Of a DNA stretch of 64,000 nt, positions 41,871-54,935 are shown piece by piece (position 1 is the first letter of the stretch; each line of letters begins with the position of its first letter). The notes beneath the pieces were generated by a model. It did not search any database and was not told the origin of the DNA. It saw only the letters and a list, made by a program, of their open reading frames with translations. A program made the translations under genes and the position numbers. This DNA is from Narcine bancroftii (lineage: Eukaryota): positions 41,540,001-41,604,000 of the forward strand of contig NC_091474.1 of NCBI RefSeq assembly GCF_036971445.1, given 5' to 3'.

Positions 41871-44800
41871 ACAGGGGGTGTGGAGGTGGTGGTCATGCGG
41901 CCGAGGGGTTCGGCCAAGTCCACCCAGGGGCAGATGCAAGGTGGCTGGGGGATGCTCCCTGTATTGTTGAGCTCAGCTTCCGAAGAGTACCATTGCTGCA
42001 AATTGACATCATCCTGTTGTTCTGATGTGGTTGCCTGTGCTATAAATTCTATGACCCCCAATACTGTTCATCGTTCCTGTCACCAGCCTTTGGAGTGTGG
42101 CTCCTGGGAAAAGAGAATCAAATTTGCTTTATTTGGCCAAACATTTAATTTCTTGCACAAATCTTAAACATGTTTCAGGGATTGTTGTCCGATTGGGAGT
42201 TTTCTCCAGGTTCAACAGAATGCACTGTCAAGCTTTGTTTGATATTCTATTGATTATGTACAAGACCAGAGCCAAATTTGGTAATTAGAGGTTATTTTAT
42301 TGAGATTTGTATCCACACATTGATTTCAAAATCAATATTCTCATGAACAATTCTGTTGCTTAGTTTTTTTTACCTGATCTGTTCATGAGAATATTAAGCC
42401 TGAGTGTGGAGGGAATTGTGAGACTTATTTATATAAATTCCTGGCTTCCTGCTGGGCCTGCCCATTGTTATTCAAAGTTTCCGTATGCATGAATTTGTTT
42501 TCCTTTGTTTGCCCTCCAAAGGCCCACAAAAAAGGTGCCATCGTCCAGTGTGCATATTAAGAACTGAAAGAGAAGTCTTCATAGACATCAAGGATCCTGC
42601 TGCCTTATCTGATGCTGCAGCCTCCTGCGCTCTTGTTACATTTGTTATGATCTTCCATTCATTCCAGTGATGCACCTGAGCTCCAGACAGCCAAGTCATC
42701 TTCCTTGGCTCCTGATTCTGAATTCCCCATACGAATGAGAAGCTGTCAGTGCCAAGCCCTTTTGGGAGCGCTGCTTGCTATTGACCTCGGGAAACCCTAG
42801 TCCTGATAACCTAGTTCGCATTGAGCCAGTCTTCAGCAGCCCGCAGCCTAGTGTTAGTCCTTTGGCTGCCGATCCCAGTGTTGGTCTGCTGCTGTGGCCT
42901 CTTATATTCTTGCAAGCTTACCTCTTCTAGCAGGGGCTTGGAGGTGGAGGCTGTTCTCTTGCTCTGGTGCCCTGTGCCAATCTGCTAAACCCAACAACCT
43001 TCATGGTCTGGGCTGCTGAGCATTAGCGTACCATCTTGGGCTCAGACCAACATTGATCTTTGTTTATATTTTTTTTTAAAAGCCACCTCCAGCCTCATTC
43101 TGTGGGCCAGTTTGAATCTGTAGAAGGCTGTCTGGCATGATGGCTAGTTAGTAGGACCGTATCGAGGTCTCTTCTCCTCATCAGCAGCTCTGCCATCTTC
43201 CTGTCAATGTCTTTGTGTGTTGAAGTCCCACCTATGTGACTTGAACACAATAGATACAAAATTATGCTTCAGTCAATTACAGAGAGATTTTACACTGTTG
43301 GAAGTACTCTCAGGAAAAAATGTAAATTTGTGCCCCTGCCTCACTTTCTTGAATGTGGAAATGGAAATCTGTTATGTTTTGCCGAAATCTTTCAATTAAC
43401 TTTGCTGAAAACATTGTGATTATATGCCTGTGGGCGTATGACATCATCATGGAACCATTTTCGATTAGTAATAAAGATACACAACAGATTAGTGACTAGA
43501 TGGGATTCCAGTGCTCGCTGCCACAAGAATTCAAAGGTGGGCCATGCTGCTCTCTGCATATGATTACAATTTGAAACATAAACCAGCAACACAAAATGAT
43601 TATGCTGATGCCCTATTTCGCTTACCTCTACCTGAAACTGAACAGATAGATGAGATAATTAAACGGATGGCAAAAGCTACAGGTATTAATCAAGAACAAC
43701 TTCATTCCTTACCAATTAACAGCAAAGGCTATCAGCAAAGAAGTACAGAAAAAAGCTACACTGTCAAAGGTCCTATATTTCACATAAAATGGGTGGCCCG
43801 AGGCCAAAGCTATTTCTCTCGATTGAGACCTTAATGTACATGATACAATGAAGTATCAACTGAAGAAGGTTGTTTATTATGTGGGACCGGACAATCATTT
43901 GCATGTTCTACTGTAATCCAAATGATTTTTTTTTCCTTGTATGTAGTCTTTGCAAAGCCATCTGATTTAATGCTTAACATTGAACTGGAAGGTTCCTGGG
44001 TTTTTTTTGTAATTTGTTACAATGCTTGGTTTCTAAAATTATCCATATTAAAATCCTTTGAACTTAAGGTACCAGAGTTGTGCTTGAATATTTTATTGCA
44101 TCTGGTGAATTTCAGATCATTAATTTGGATGGGAAGAGAAATCGGAATCGTGAAGCCCTGAGGGCATTACAAAATAGCAGCAACCAATCAGGTATGACTA
44201 TCTTTGGCAGCTATTAAATAATGACAGCCACTGTTGGAAAATATGGACAGCTTGGTCAATTGGGCAGCAAAATGGGAGGTACAATAAAACCCAGGAAGAG
44301 CCAATGAATGGGATGATAATGAAAGAACAGGCCCTTTAGCCCACAATTTTGTGCTGACCTATGTAAACTAATCTAATCTTTTCCTGCCTCTCACCCATAA
44401 CATTCTATTTTGTGCCTAGCTAAGAATGATTTGAATGTCCCTGTTGTACCACTCTCCACCACCACCATCACCCCCAGCAATGTATTTCAAGCCTCTACTA
44501 CTCTCTATGTGGGGGAGAACAAATCTTACCTCTGACATCTCCCCTAAACATTCCTCCACTCGCCTCAAATGGATGTCCTCTGGTATTTGCTATTGTTGCC
44601 TCAGGTAAAAGGTGTTGGCTGCCCACTCTCTCTATGCCCCTCATGTATACCTCTTTTAAGTCACCTTTCATCCTTTGTCAAAGAAAAAAGCTCTAACTCT
44701 GTTAACCTTGCTCCATAAGACATGATCTCCAATTCAGGCAAATTCCTGGTAAATTTGCTCAACACCCTCTCCAAAGCATCTACATCCTTCCTGTACTGTA

Positions 44801-47800
44801 TTGAGGTGACCAGTACTGAATGCAATACTCAAAGTGTAATCTAACCAGAATTTTAGAGCTGGAATGCTACCTCATGGCTTTTGAACTCAATCCCCAACTA
44901 ATGAAGGCTAGCACATCATACACTTTCTTGACCAGACTTGTGTGGTAACCTTGAGGTATCTAGGGACTTGGACCTCAATATCCCACTGTTCCTCCACACT
45001 GTTGAGAATCCTGATATTAACTATGTACTCTGCCTTTAAGTTTGACCTATGAAAGTGCAGTACATCACTTCACACTTATCCAGATTGAACTCCACCTACC
45101 ACTTTGATGCCCAACTTTGCAACTTGTCTATCTATTATTGTTAACTTTGACAATCTTCTACATATCTACAACACTTTCAAACATCATGTTATCTGCACAT
45201 TTACTGACCTAACCCTCCACTTCTTCATCCAAGTTATTTGTAATAATCTTGAAGAGCTGGGGTCCCAGGACAGATTCCTGCTGAACACCTCTAGTCACTG
45301 ACTTCCAGGCAGCACATGTTCCATCTACTATTGCACTCTGCTTTCTGCAGGCAAACCAATTCCGGATCCAAATAGCCAAGGTTCATTGGATTCCTTGCTT
45401 CATGACTTTCTGAATGAGCCTTCCATTTGGGAAATTGTCAAATGCCTGACTAAAATTCATATTTACCATATCCACTGCATTAACTTCATCAATTTCTTTC
45501 ATCACCTAACCTGAAGAAGGTGCCCTTCAGATCCTTCTTAAATCTATTTCCTCTCACCTTAAATCTATGCCCTCTAGTTTTAAATTACAATAACCTGAGA
45601 AAAAGACTGATTTGCTCAGCAGGTGAACCAGAGTTCTTTATGTAGCAAAGACAAAGATGTATAACTGATGTTTTGGGTTTGAGTCTTTTATCAAAATATG
45701 ATGAAGGACTCAAGCCCGAAACATCAGTTATGCATCTTTGTCTTTGCTAAATAAAGGACTCTGGTTGATCTGCTGAGCTTCTCCAGCATCTTGTTTTTAC
45801 TCCAACCATAATGTCTACAGAATGTTGTATTTTACAACTTGCCTAGATTTTGTAAACCTCGATAAAGGTCTGCCTTTGCTCTCCTGTACTCCAGGGGAAA
45901 AAGTTCCAGTCTATTGAGCCTCTCATGAGAGCATAGGAGCAGGCGAAGGCCTTATGGACATTGAGCCTACTCTACCATTTAATAAGACATTGAGTGATTT
46001 GGCCTTTTTCCTATAATCCTTAATGCCACAAGTTTGCAAAAATATTTCTGCTTTTTAAATATATTCAATGAAGCAGGCTTCACTGCTTCCCGGGGAAGAA
46101 ATTTGCACAGATTCACCTGTCAATGGGTGTGATAGTACAGATTCTATCACCAATGTGTATATGTATAGATTGGAGTGTAGGACGATTGTGATTGGCTGAG
46201 AGTGTAGCCACGCCTACTGGCTGGTCTTAAAGGGTTGCTCCTAGCCAGACCAGATCATTCTGAACTGGTCAACCTACATGTGATATGCTCCAGTCTTCCA
46301 GTTAATAAAAGCCTTGGTTTGGATCAACAAGCTTTTGATTCTTTTGACGCACTCTACAATGGGAAAAGCAATTCCTCCTCATCTCCATCCTAAATTTACT
46401 CCTCTGGCTCCTGAGACTGTGTTCCCTGTGGAAATAACTTTCTTGCCTCTTTGTTCTAAACTTGATGATATAGTGTTTGTTTCTTTCCAAATGCATTCCA
46501 GTTTAATCTATTTCATGTGGAGTTTATAAGTGTAGTCGGCAGATAGCAATCTTGATTATTTTGTACGCTGGACAGGTGGATAATTTATTGTCCTACTCTG
46601 TAGTCAGGCCATAATCCATCTTTATCAGGAATCTAGAAACTGGGTTTGGACACTGATTTTTGACTCTGCTCCTTGGTCACATCATGTATTTGACCACAAG
46701 TTAAACTTTAAAAAAAAAACATGGAAGTACCAAAAAAGAGAATATTTAAAGATTTAACAAAAGATAAAATTTGTTTTAACATTTATTTGTCACAAAATAC
46801 CTAGTACAGTGAGAAGGGTTCTTCTGAGTGCAGACTAACTGGTTATCGCTAACATTCATACGGCTGTGGAAAGAGCAGATTTACGGAGGATAGGATTGCA
46901 ATGAAAAGAAAGATCAATTTGCATCAACAATGTGGGGCCCTTAGCAGAAAGGTCTTGCACAATTAACTAGAGTCTGGTCTCCCTATCCAAAGAGGGAGAT
47001 ATTTGGATATTAACCAGATTTCTGGGATATAGGAGGTAGGGTGCAGTCTATACCTTGGAGAATGAGATGATGGACTTGAAACCCGCAAACTCTTGACAGG
47101 ATGAATGAAGGAATGTTTCCTTCGTTGTGGTGGCTAGAACCAGAAATTGCAATATAATTGGTTGGCCATTTTGGAGTGAAATGAGAAGAATATGTTTTCT
47201 TTGCAATTTTCTGGCTGGGATAGCTGTGGAAGCTCAGAAAATTGATGTTTTTAATATTTCTGGGGTTTGCACAGTAAAATGACATTGAGGTGATGGATAA
47301 GCCTTGATCTTGTTAGAGATGAAACAGGTCTGAAAAGCAAAATACCAGGAGCCTTCTTCTGAAAATTCATCATTTAACTTAAGACCTTAGATTTTTAGCC
47401 CCAATAATATATTCTTTTTACTTAAGCATGCTAATGAACTCGGAAAGATGTTCAAAATGTGCAATTCCAAATGAACAGCCCAGAGCAATAAATCTGGCTG
47501 GACTTTGCCCCACTGGCCTGGAGCAATAATGTAATTGTGGAACATGATCTGGGTTCATGTCATGACCAGCGTTTGGCATGTGCCATGTCTTTCATTTGAA
47601 TCTGACATCTATTTCATACTTTGAGTAAACTAAAAACTTTTTGGGTTCACACAATTGATTGTCAAAACTTATTGATCACATTAGTTGTTAACAAATTTTT
47701 TTTTTAATACATTGTATTTCTCTAGGTAATGTGATGGTTTGTTTTGGAAACCTATTCATCAAATTCCCCAAGTCTAGAACCAGGGACATGATTCAGAAAG

Positions 47801-50800
47801 GTAAATATTGTGCTCAGCTTGAATGACATCCACTCGGGACAGCATTGTAAGTGAGAGTGAAACACAAACCTGGGTTTTTACTATGAATTGCAGTCTTTGT
47901 AGGGGAGGAGGGGTTGGAGTGAAAAATCCTAAAGTAGGGGACGGTGGAAATAAAGCTCTGTTGGAGGAGAAATTCTGGTAGTATTTTGATAACATTAATC
48001 TTCCACATACAGTTTTTTTTGATCTTTGTACCAATTAACCAATCACATTTTAATTTAGAGATATAACATGGTAACAGGACCTTACAGCCCATAAGCCCAT
48101 GCCGTTCAAATACACCCATGTGACCAATTAGCCTAGTAACCCTTTGGAACATAGGATGAAACTGGATCATCCAGAGGAAACCCATATGGATTTGGGAGCA
48201 CGTACAAGTTCCTCGCAAACATTGATGGATTTGACCCAGGTTGATGATGCTGTAATGGCGTTGTGGTAACCACAACACTAACTGTCCCACCTCAATTTAA
48301 TTTGTTTTTTTTTCTCCCCCTCTTTGAGAAGTTAATACAATTCAGTTTCTGCTGTTGCCATCCAAAACAAGGGGAAAGGCATGTGCCTGAGTGTGGAGGG
48401 AATTGAGAGACTGTTTGAAATATTTTATCATTTAGTTTCTATAACAGTATTGTTCTGTGAATTTCTCATAGTAATAATTGGGAATCAATAAATCTACAAA
48501 AAAAAGAGAAGTTATACAAATTATAATGTGGAACAAAGAGATTCTCCACTTTCCAGAAAATAAAAATGCAGAGTATCTTTCAAGGATAAGATATTGGGCA
48601 ATGTTTATATTCGGTGACCTTGTAAACATCTCAGTAGAAGTCGACTTGAAGCTGTTAAGATGACAAATGTGATGGATTTTATAACAAGGGGATGAGAATA
48701 GTGGAGTAATGATGTCTTACTGAGATTGTGCTGAAACAACCTGGAGCAGTGGTCTCAATCTTTTTCTTTTCACTCACTACGTTAAGTAATCCCTAGGCCA
48801 TAGGTGCTCTGTGATTAGTAAGGGATTGATTAAGGTGGTACGTGGGTTGAAAGGAAATGTTTGAAAACCACTGTTTTAATCATCCTTAATTGACTCGTTA
48901 TGTGCACGGTCTCATAACTCCAAAGGAAATGGGCCACGGTCTCATAACTCCAAAGGAAATGGGCCACGGTCTCATAACTCCAAAGGAAATGGGTCACGGT
49001 CTCATAACTCCAAAGGAAATGGGCCAATGACAATTGTTCTCAAGCAAAAAATATTTCATTAACAATTGGGTCTAGAGCAGTGATTCTCAGCCTTCCCTTC
49101 CAACTCACATAACACCTTAAGCAATCCCTTACTAATCACAGCACCAATGGCCTAGGGATTACTTAAAGTGGTATGTGAGTGAAAAGAAAAAGGTTGAGAA
49201 CCACTGCTTTAGAGTTTAGAGGAATTTGTTAGAAACTTGCAAAATCCATGCAGGACTTGATAAGCTAAATGCAAGAAGGATGCTTTCTTCCTGGTTGAGG
49301 GGTCTAAAGCCAGGGATCACAGCCTAACCCTTGCTCCAAGCACTGAGATAAGGAGAAATTTATTCAGTCAATTGTGAATCTTTTAAAAAAAAAAATAAAA
49401 AAAAAATAAAAAAAAAATTTGTGAATCTTTTGGAGAGGATTGGTAATTTAGCCATTGATGTCATTGAAAACTGAGATCAATAGATTTCTGGATATTTAAG
49501 GAATGGAGAGATGTGGGGATAGTGCAGGAATATGGTACTGAAATAGAAGCTGTGATCTTGATGAATGGAGGACTGAGTCAAAGGGTCAAATGGCTCTTTT
49601 AAAATTCTTATGTAACCTCCATTTGGTTGCAAAATTGCCATGGTTGACGAAAGCAACAGGTTGTAAGCTTTAACAATGCAAGATCATCAGTTGATAGATT
49701 TGTTAAGGTGGAAAATGGACATTTGGCTTTATCTTAACAAAATATAAGAGATGGAGGAATACTTTAAAAGAAATTTGGATGGAGTCTTGAACAGAGACCT
49801 GTTGGATTAATAGACCAGCCCTGTTGTACATTCTGTGCAACAGTTTTAGTGGGTGATCTGGGGCACAAGATGCAGGAATTTTTATTATAATTAATCTCAG
49901 AGCCACATTTTGTTTACTTCTGTTATACAAATGATTATTTGCTAATTAAAATCTCCTTGATTTAACCCCAATATAACTTTGTTTTTCAGATCAAGAGCAA
50001 TTGGATGAAGAAATATGCAACCTTTGTAATCAGTTGAAAGTGAAAGTTAATCGCTTAAATGAAGCTCAAGGTGATTTAAAAAAAAATTATTCACTTACTT
50101 TAGAATTCTATACATGTAGACACCAATTTAGATGGTCTCTGGCTTTTATGTATCTTTCCGTTTTGTAAAATATGATTTTTTATCTTATCTCATCAATAAA
50201 GAAAAAAGTAATGATATTTTATGTTGGCATCGTGAAGAAAGCATGTCAGCACCTCTACTTCCTCAGGAGTTTTCAAAGGTTTGGTAATCAAGTGCATTAT
50301 CAAGTCCAAAGGGAGTAATTATAAGATAGCGAAGCGGAGTGGGAAATTAGAGGATTGGGAAACCTTCAAAGAACATCAGAGGGTAACTAGGAAAGCCATA
50401 AGAGACGGGAAAATGAAGTACGAGAGGAAATTAGCAGATAATATTGCGGAGGATAGCAAAAGCTTTTTTAAATATGTGAAGAGGAAGAAATTGGTTCGGT
50501 CTAAAGTTGGCCCTTTGAAAATGGGAAAGGGTGAAATTATTACCGGAAACAAGGAGATGGCAGAGGAATTTAACAAATACTTTGCAACTGTCTTCACCAA
50601 GGAGGATATAGGTTATAGTCAGTTAGGGGGTAGTGGTCATGCGGTACCAAGAAACTTGGGGAACTTTACTGGGGAGGTAGGGGATCTAATGGATATCCGG
50701 ATCCAGAAGCAGGAGGTTATGAGTAAATTGTTGGGACTGAGGGCTGATAAATCCCCAGGGCCTGATGGGCTGCATCCTAGGGTGCTTAAAGAGGTGGCTA

Positions 50801-53800
50801 TGGAAATTGTGGAGGCACTGGTCGACATTTTCCAAAGTTCCATAGATTCCGGGGAGGTCCCTGAGGATTGGAGAATGGCTGATGTGGTGCCGCTTTTTAA
50901 GAAAGGAGGGAGGGAGAAAACGGGAAATTATAGACCGGTTAGCCTGACATCAGTGGTGGGGAAGATATTGGAGTCCATCATAAAAGGAGAAATAGCAGAA
51001 CACTTAGTCAGTAATAATAGTATAAGGGCTAGTCAGCATGGATTCCTTAAGGGTAAGTCATGCTTGACTAACCTTCTGGAATTTTTTGAGGATGTGACAA
51101 AGAGGGTGGACTCGGGAGAGCCAGTGGATGTGGTGTATTTGGACTTCCAGAAGGCCTTTGATAAGGTACCGCACGGGAGTCTAGTGGGCAAGATCAGGGA
51201 GCATGGTATTGGAGGTAAGGTGCTGACATGGATAGGAAATTGGTTAAGAGATAGGAAACAAAGGGTTGGAGTAAATGGGTCTTTTTCAGAATGGCAGGAT
51301 GTGACGAGTGGAGTGCCTCAGGGATCGGTGTTGGGTCCTCAGTTGTTTGTAATTTATGTTAATGATTTGGATGAGGGGATTATAAATAACATGAGCAAAT
51401 TTGCAGATGACACTAAACTGGGTGGCGGTGTGGGGTGTGAGGAGGATGTAAGGAAAATGCAGAGGGACTTGGACAGGCTGGAGGAGTGGGCGGCTAAATG
51501 GAAGATGAATTTCAATGTGAACAAATGTGAGGTTATTCATTTTGGGGGAAGTAATAGGAAAGCTGAGTATTATTTAAATGGAGACAAGCTAGGGAGTGGG
51601 GAAGTGCAAATGGATCGGGGTGTACTTGTTCACCGGTCACTGAAGGCTAGCATGCAGGTTCAGAAAGCTGTGAAGAAGGCAAATGGAATGTTGGCTTTCA
51701 TAAAGAGGGGATTGGAGTATAGGAACAGAGACGCCCTTCTGCAGTTATACAGGGCCCTGGTGAGACCCCACCTGGAGTATTGCGTCCAGTTCTGGTCTCC
51801 AAACTTGAGGAAGGACATACTAGCTATAGAGGGTGTGCAGCGCAGATTTACAAGGTTAGTTCCAGGGATGGCAGGGTTGTCATATGCAGCAAGGCTAGAA
51901 AAACTGGACTTGTATCCATTGGAGTTTAGAAGGATGAGGGGGGACATGATTGAGGTATACAAAATCATCAGGGGGATAGACAAGGTGAAGTCTGATTACT
52001 TGTTCCCAATGATGGGGGAGACGAGGACTAGAGGGCATAGTTTAAGAATACAGGGTAGGCCCTTTAGGATGGAGATGAGAAAGCATTTTTTTACCCAGAG
52101 AAGTGTGAATCTGTGGAATGCTCTGCCACAGAGGGTGGTAGAGGCAGATTCGCTGACTATGTTCAAAAGAGAGTTAGATAAGACTCTTGTGGGTAACGGA
52201 GTTAAGGGTTATGGGGATAAGGCTGGAAAGGGGTACTGATGGTAATGATCAGCCATGATCTAAAATGGCGGTGCTGGCCCGACGGGCCAAATGGCCTACT
52301 CCAGCTCCTATTGTCTATTGTCTATTGAAACCCTGGCAAATTTCTATAGAGGTGCGGTGGAAAATGCTGACTGCCTGCATCACTGGTATGGGAACACCAA
52401 TGCCACTGAGCTTAAAGACTTCAATAAGTAGTGGACACAGCCCAGGACATGACAAGCAAAACCCTCCCCAGTTTTGAGTACGTCTACAGCGAATGCTGCT
52501 GTCAGAGGGCAGCAGCAATCATCAAAGACCCACACCACTCAGAATATGCTCTGTTCTCACTGCTACCATCAGGAAAGAGGTATAGGTCCACAAGACTGGC
52601 ACTACCAGGTTCAGGAACAGCTGCTAAATACTCAGTGACAAACTCAATCAGAAACTCATTTAATAAGACTGTTACTTGTGCACTTTATTGATTTTCTTTG
52701 TTCTCTGTATTGTACACTCACTTACCTGTTTACAGTTCTTTAATTTTTTAAACTGTGTACAGTTTATTTTTGCATTACCAGTTAGGGGCAATTCTGCTGT
52801 GCCTGCAGGAAAAAGAAATCTCAGTGTTAAATGTGATGTGTATGTTCTCCAACAATAAATCTGAATCTCTGGTAGAGAGGAATGGGACACTTGTTCCTTT
52901 TTTTAAATGAGACCTGTAAGATCCTGATGCATCTTTAACAGGAATCATATGAAGAAGATATTTCCAAGTTGAAAAGAGTGTGTAAAAATAAATAAGTAGA
53001 TTGACCTGGGTCCCTGTTTAAAAATAAAAGGTAAAGTAATACCCATTTTAAACAGCAATAAGGTAAAAATTATTTTCTCTCAGAGAGTCAGAAAGTATTT
53101 GTTAATACTCTTCCATAAAGGACAATGGCAGCAGTTTTTCTTTGTACAGTATTTTAATACAGAGTTAGATGATACCTGATAAAGGATGATGGGCATTTCA
53201 AGATCATGGTCAGACTTGAGGTACTAAGAAACCTACTCCTGCATTGTTTTGTATATGTAATAACATACTTTGACATGAAAGGATGCCATTTGGCCCATTG
53301 ACCCCATACCAGCTCCCAAGTGAACAATTCTACTGGTCCAATTTTCCCCTCATTGCCCTATATTTTCCATGGCTGTCAGCTCCTTTTTTAAAAAATTCTT
53401 TTTTCAACCTGTCTACACTAGGAGTAATGAACACAGCAAGTGAATTTGTGTCTTTTGTTATGTGGGAAGAGAGCAGAGTACCAAGGGAAACACCACATAG
53501 ACAGTACTATAGTTCAGGACGGAATCCGAGTTGTTATTGTTAGCTGTGGTGCAATAACACAAACTGCTCTTTCACTATGTCACCCATTGATAAACAAGAT
53601 GATAGTTATTGTTCACTCTGAATATTCTACCCTCTGACTGTTTCAAATTGAAAGTGTCAATCCAAAGCACCTGCAATTCTCCTGTTCAACGTATGGGCCA
53701 ATCCTTTTTTCTAATAGCATACTTGTCTCCAACTCTAGGTGTGACTTCTTTATCAGCAAGTAGAACTCTCTTATCAGCTTCTCATAGGAGATGCTTTGAT

Positions 53801-54935
53801 GATTGCTTCTGTGTCAGTCATCCAGGTAGATGATGTGGTCTCATCGTTCCCCTTTGATCTGATCTTGAAGACCTCCCTCCCCACCCAACAATCACCTAAA
53901 CCAATCCATTAATCATTTCAGAAGCTAATGGGTGGGAAAATGCCACGACAGCTTTTATTAAATCTCCTCAATTTTATAGCAATTGAATTTATGTAAAACC
54001 TCTGACATTTGTGAAGGATGTGAAAAGGTCTTTACTATTAGCACTTTTATCAAAGGAAACAAAATAAATATTACAGAATTATTGTGGTACATTAATTCAA
54101 CTTGGAAGTTAGAGTTTTCTGTCGTGTGGAATTCAAAAAGGTTCTTGTATGAACTCCCAACTATAGGCATGTACCAACTCTATTTGCAGTTGCTTATAGC
54201 TGACCACATTGGAACTCTGTTGGACCTTGGATGTAGTAAGTGAAGGACAGTTTCTGAGCAAAGCTTTTACTTTGCTGCTGGATCAATTTTACTGGATTGA
54301 TTTAAAAAAAAAATTATATGCATCTAAATATTACATTTCAGTATTTTTTTTTAACCTTTGTAAAATCTTTCCTTTTTACCTGCTGTGGTTAATTTTAAGT
54401 GAAGTTCTATAATTTTGTGTATGGATGTGGTTGAGTCCTCGTTTTTTTTGGTTGGGAGTGACTTACTCATTCCTGTTTCCTCTCCACCATTGTGATCATG
54501 ATAACAGAAGCTGAACATTACATTTTAAGTGGAAATTAACTTTATCAGACTACAGTTTAATCACTGTTTTTGATTTGCCAACCAAATCAGCTCCTAATCG
54601 AGCCTTCATTTTAAAAAAAAAAAATTCCATAATTCTTGGCTTTGAAATGTCATCTTTGCACGTCATCACCAATCTGAGCTTTGGCCTCAGTCCTTCAGCA
54701 GCTGGCTTGGCAGCTAACTTTTACTTGCCAAAGTGCAGTGTTTAGTTGAGCCTTTTGCTCATGGCTGTGTACCACAGGGAGGCAGGATAAGTGTAGTGTA
54801 CTGATCCTCTCCTTAATTCTCATCCTAGGAAAGCCTGAAATCAGGGGATTCAACCTGACCCCTTTAACCTATGAAGAAATGCAGGCTGTAACCAAGATCC
54901 TGAAGAAGTCAGAGCAGTTCAAGACAAGTGCCTAG
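41667..54935 (+). CDS. PDRG1: p53 and DNA damage-regulated protein 1 (prefoldin-like subunit), 5 exons: join(41667..41750, 44116..44191, 47726..47800, 49990..50070, 54829..54935), 140 aa
   Basis: Spliced translation MAQESERVMDYLTEVELLAENVIVDKQQ/IINLDGKRNRNREALRALQNSSNQS/GNVMVCFGNLFIKFPKSRTRDMIQK/DQEQLDEEICNLCNQLKVKVNRLNEAQ/GKPEIRGFNLTPLTYEEMQAVTKILKKSEQFKTSA* matches PDRG1 motifs (RNQNREGLRAL, VMVCFGNMFIK, LKVKVNRL.EAQGKPELKGFNL). GT-AG junctions keep the frame. Confidence 0.95.
43480..43890 (+). mobile_element. Gypsy pol remnant (end of RNase H)
   Basis: RIQRWAMLLSAYDYNLKHKP...ADALFRLP motif. Confidence 0.75.
44116..44191 (+). CDS. PDRG1: PDRG1 exon 2
   Basis: tttcag acceptor; IINLDGKRNRNREALRALQ; G|gtatga donor. 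Confidence 0.92.
44320..45600 (-). mobile_element. Degraded CR1 LINE in PDRG1 intron 2
   Basis: Antisense CR1 RT and C-terminal sequence; boundaries approximate. Confidence 0.7.
45614..45838. mobile_element. Penelope-like fold-back mini element (80-bp arms)
   Basis: Arms 45614-45693 and 45699-45778, 71/80 complementary, plus a 3' extension. Confidence 0.85.
46128..46358 (+). mobile_element. Short solo LTR
   Basis: TG...CA termini; 5-bp TSD atggg (46123-46127 / 46359-46363); internal AATAAA near 46304. Confidence 0.8.
47726..47800 (+). CDS. PDRG1: PDRG1 exon 3
   Basis: ttctctag acceptor; NVMVCFGNLFIKFP; AAG|gtaaat donor. Confidence 0.93.
48050..48290 (-). mobile_element. HE1/V-SINE-like SINE
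   Basis: Antisense V-domain-like core and LINE-derived tail (tttaatttaga...acaggacc). Confidence 0.65.
48747..49206. mobile_element. hAT (Charlie-type) MITE with palindromic arms
   Basis: CAGTGGTCTCAA ... TTGAGAACCACTG termini; about 127-bp inverted modules; partial copy at about 38978-39072. Confidence 0.8.
48905..49024. repeat. 30-bp tandem repeat, 4 copies (cacggtctcataactccaaaggaaatgggc)
   Basis: Four near-identical units with a single mismatch and no spacers. Confidence 0.95.
49990..50070 (+). CDS. PDRG1: PDRG1 exon 4
   Basis: tttttcag acceptor; DQEQLDEEI...LKVKVNRLNEAQ; AAG|gtgatt donor. Confidence 0.93.
50225..52867 (+). mobile_element. Rex1/Babar fragment (50225-50287 and 52327-52867) split by a CR1
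   Basis: cctctacttcctcaggag...ggtttggta and gaaaccctggcaaatttcta rejoin as in the copy at 59200-59990. Confidence 0.75.
50288..52326 (+). mobile_element. Young 5'-truncated CR1 LINE (HER1-like) with an uninterrupted RT ORF, in PDRG1 intron 4
   Basis: ORF 50281..52239 (652 aa): KSPGPDG, NYRPVSLTS, LDFQKAFD, GVPQGSVLGP, KFADDT; 3' hairpin GGCCC-GAC-GGGCC; (CTATTGT)n tail. Confidence 0.95.
54829..54935 (+). CDS. PDRG1: PDRG1 exon 5 (terminal coding part)
   Basis: catcctag acceptor; GKPEIRGFNLTPL...; TAG at 54933-54935. Confidence 0.92.

Noticed and set aside
48905-49024. 30-bp direct repeats suggestive of CRISPR
   Set aside because: No spacers, eukaryotic context and no cas genes; it is a plain tandem repeat inside a MITE.
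50281-52239. 652-aa ORF as a host gene
   Set aside because: 5'-truncated CR1 ORF2; the called start is a TTG in flanking Rex1 sequence.
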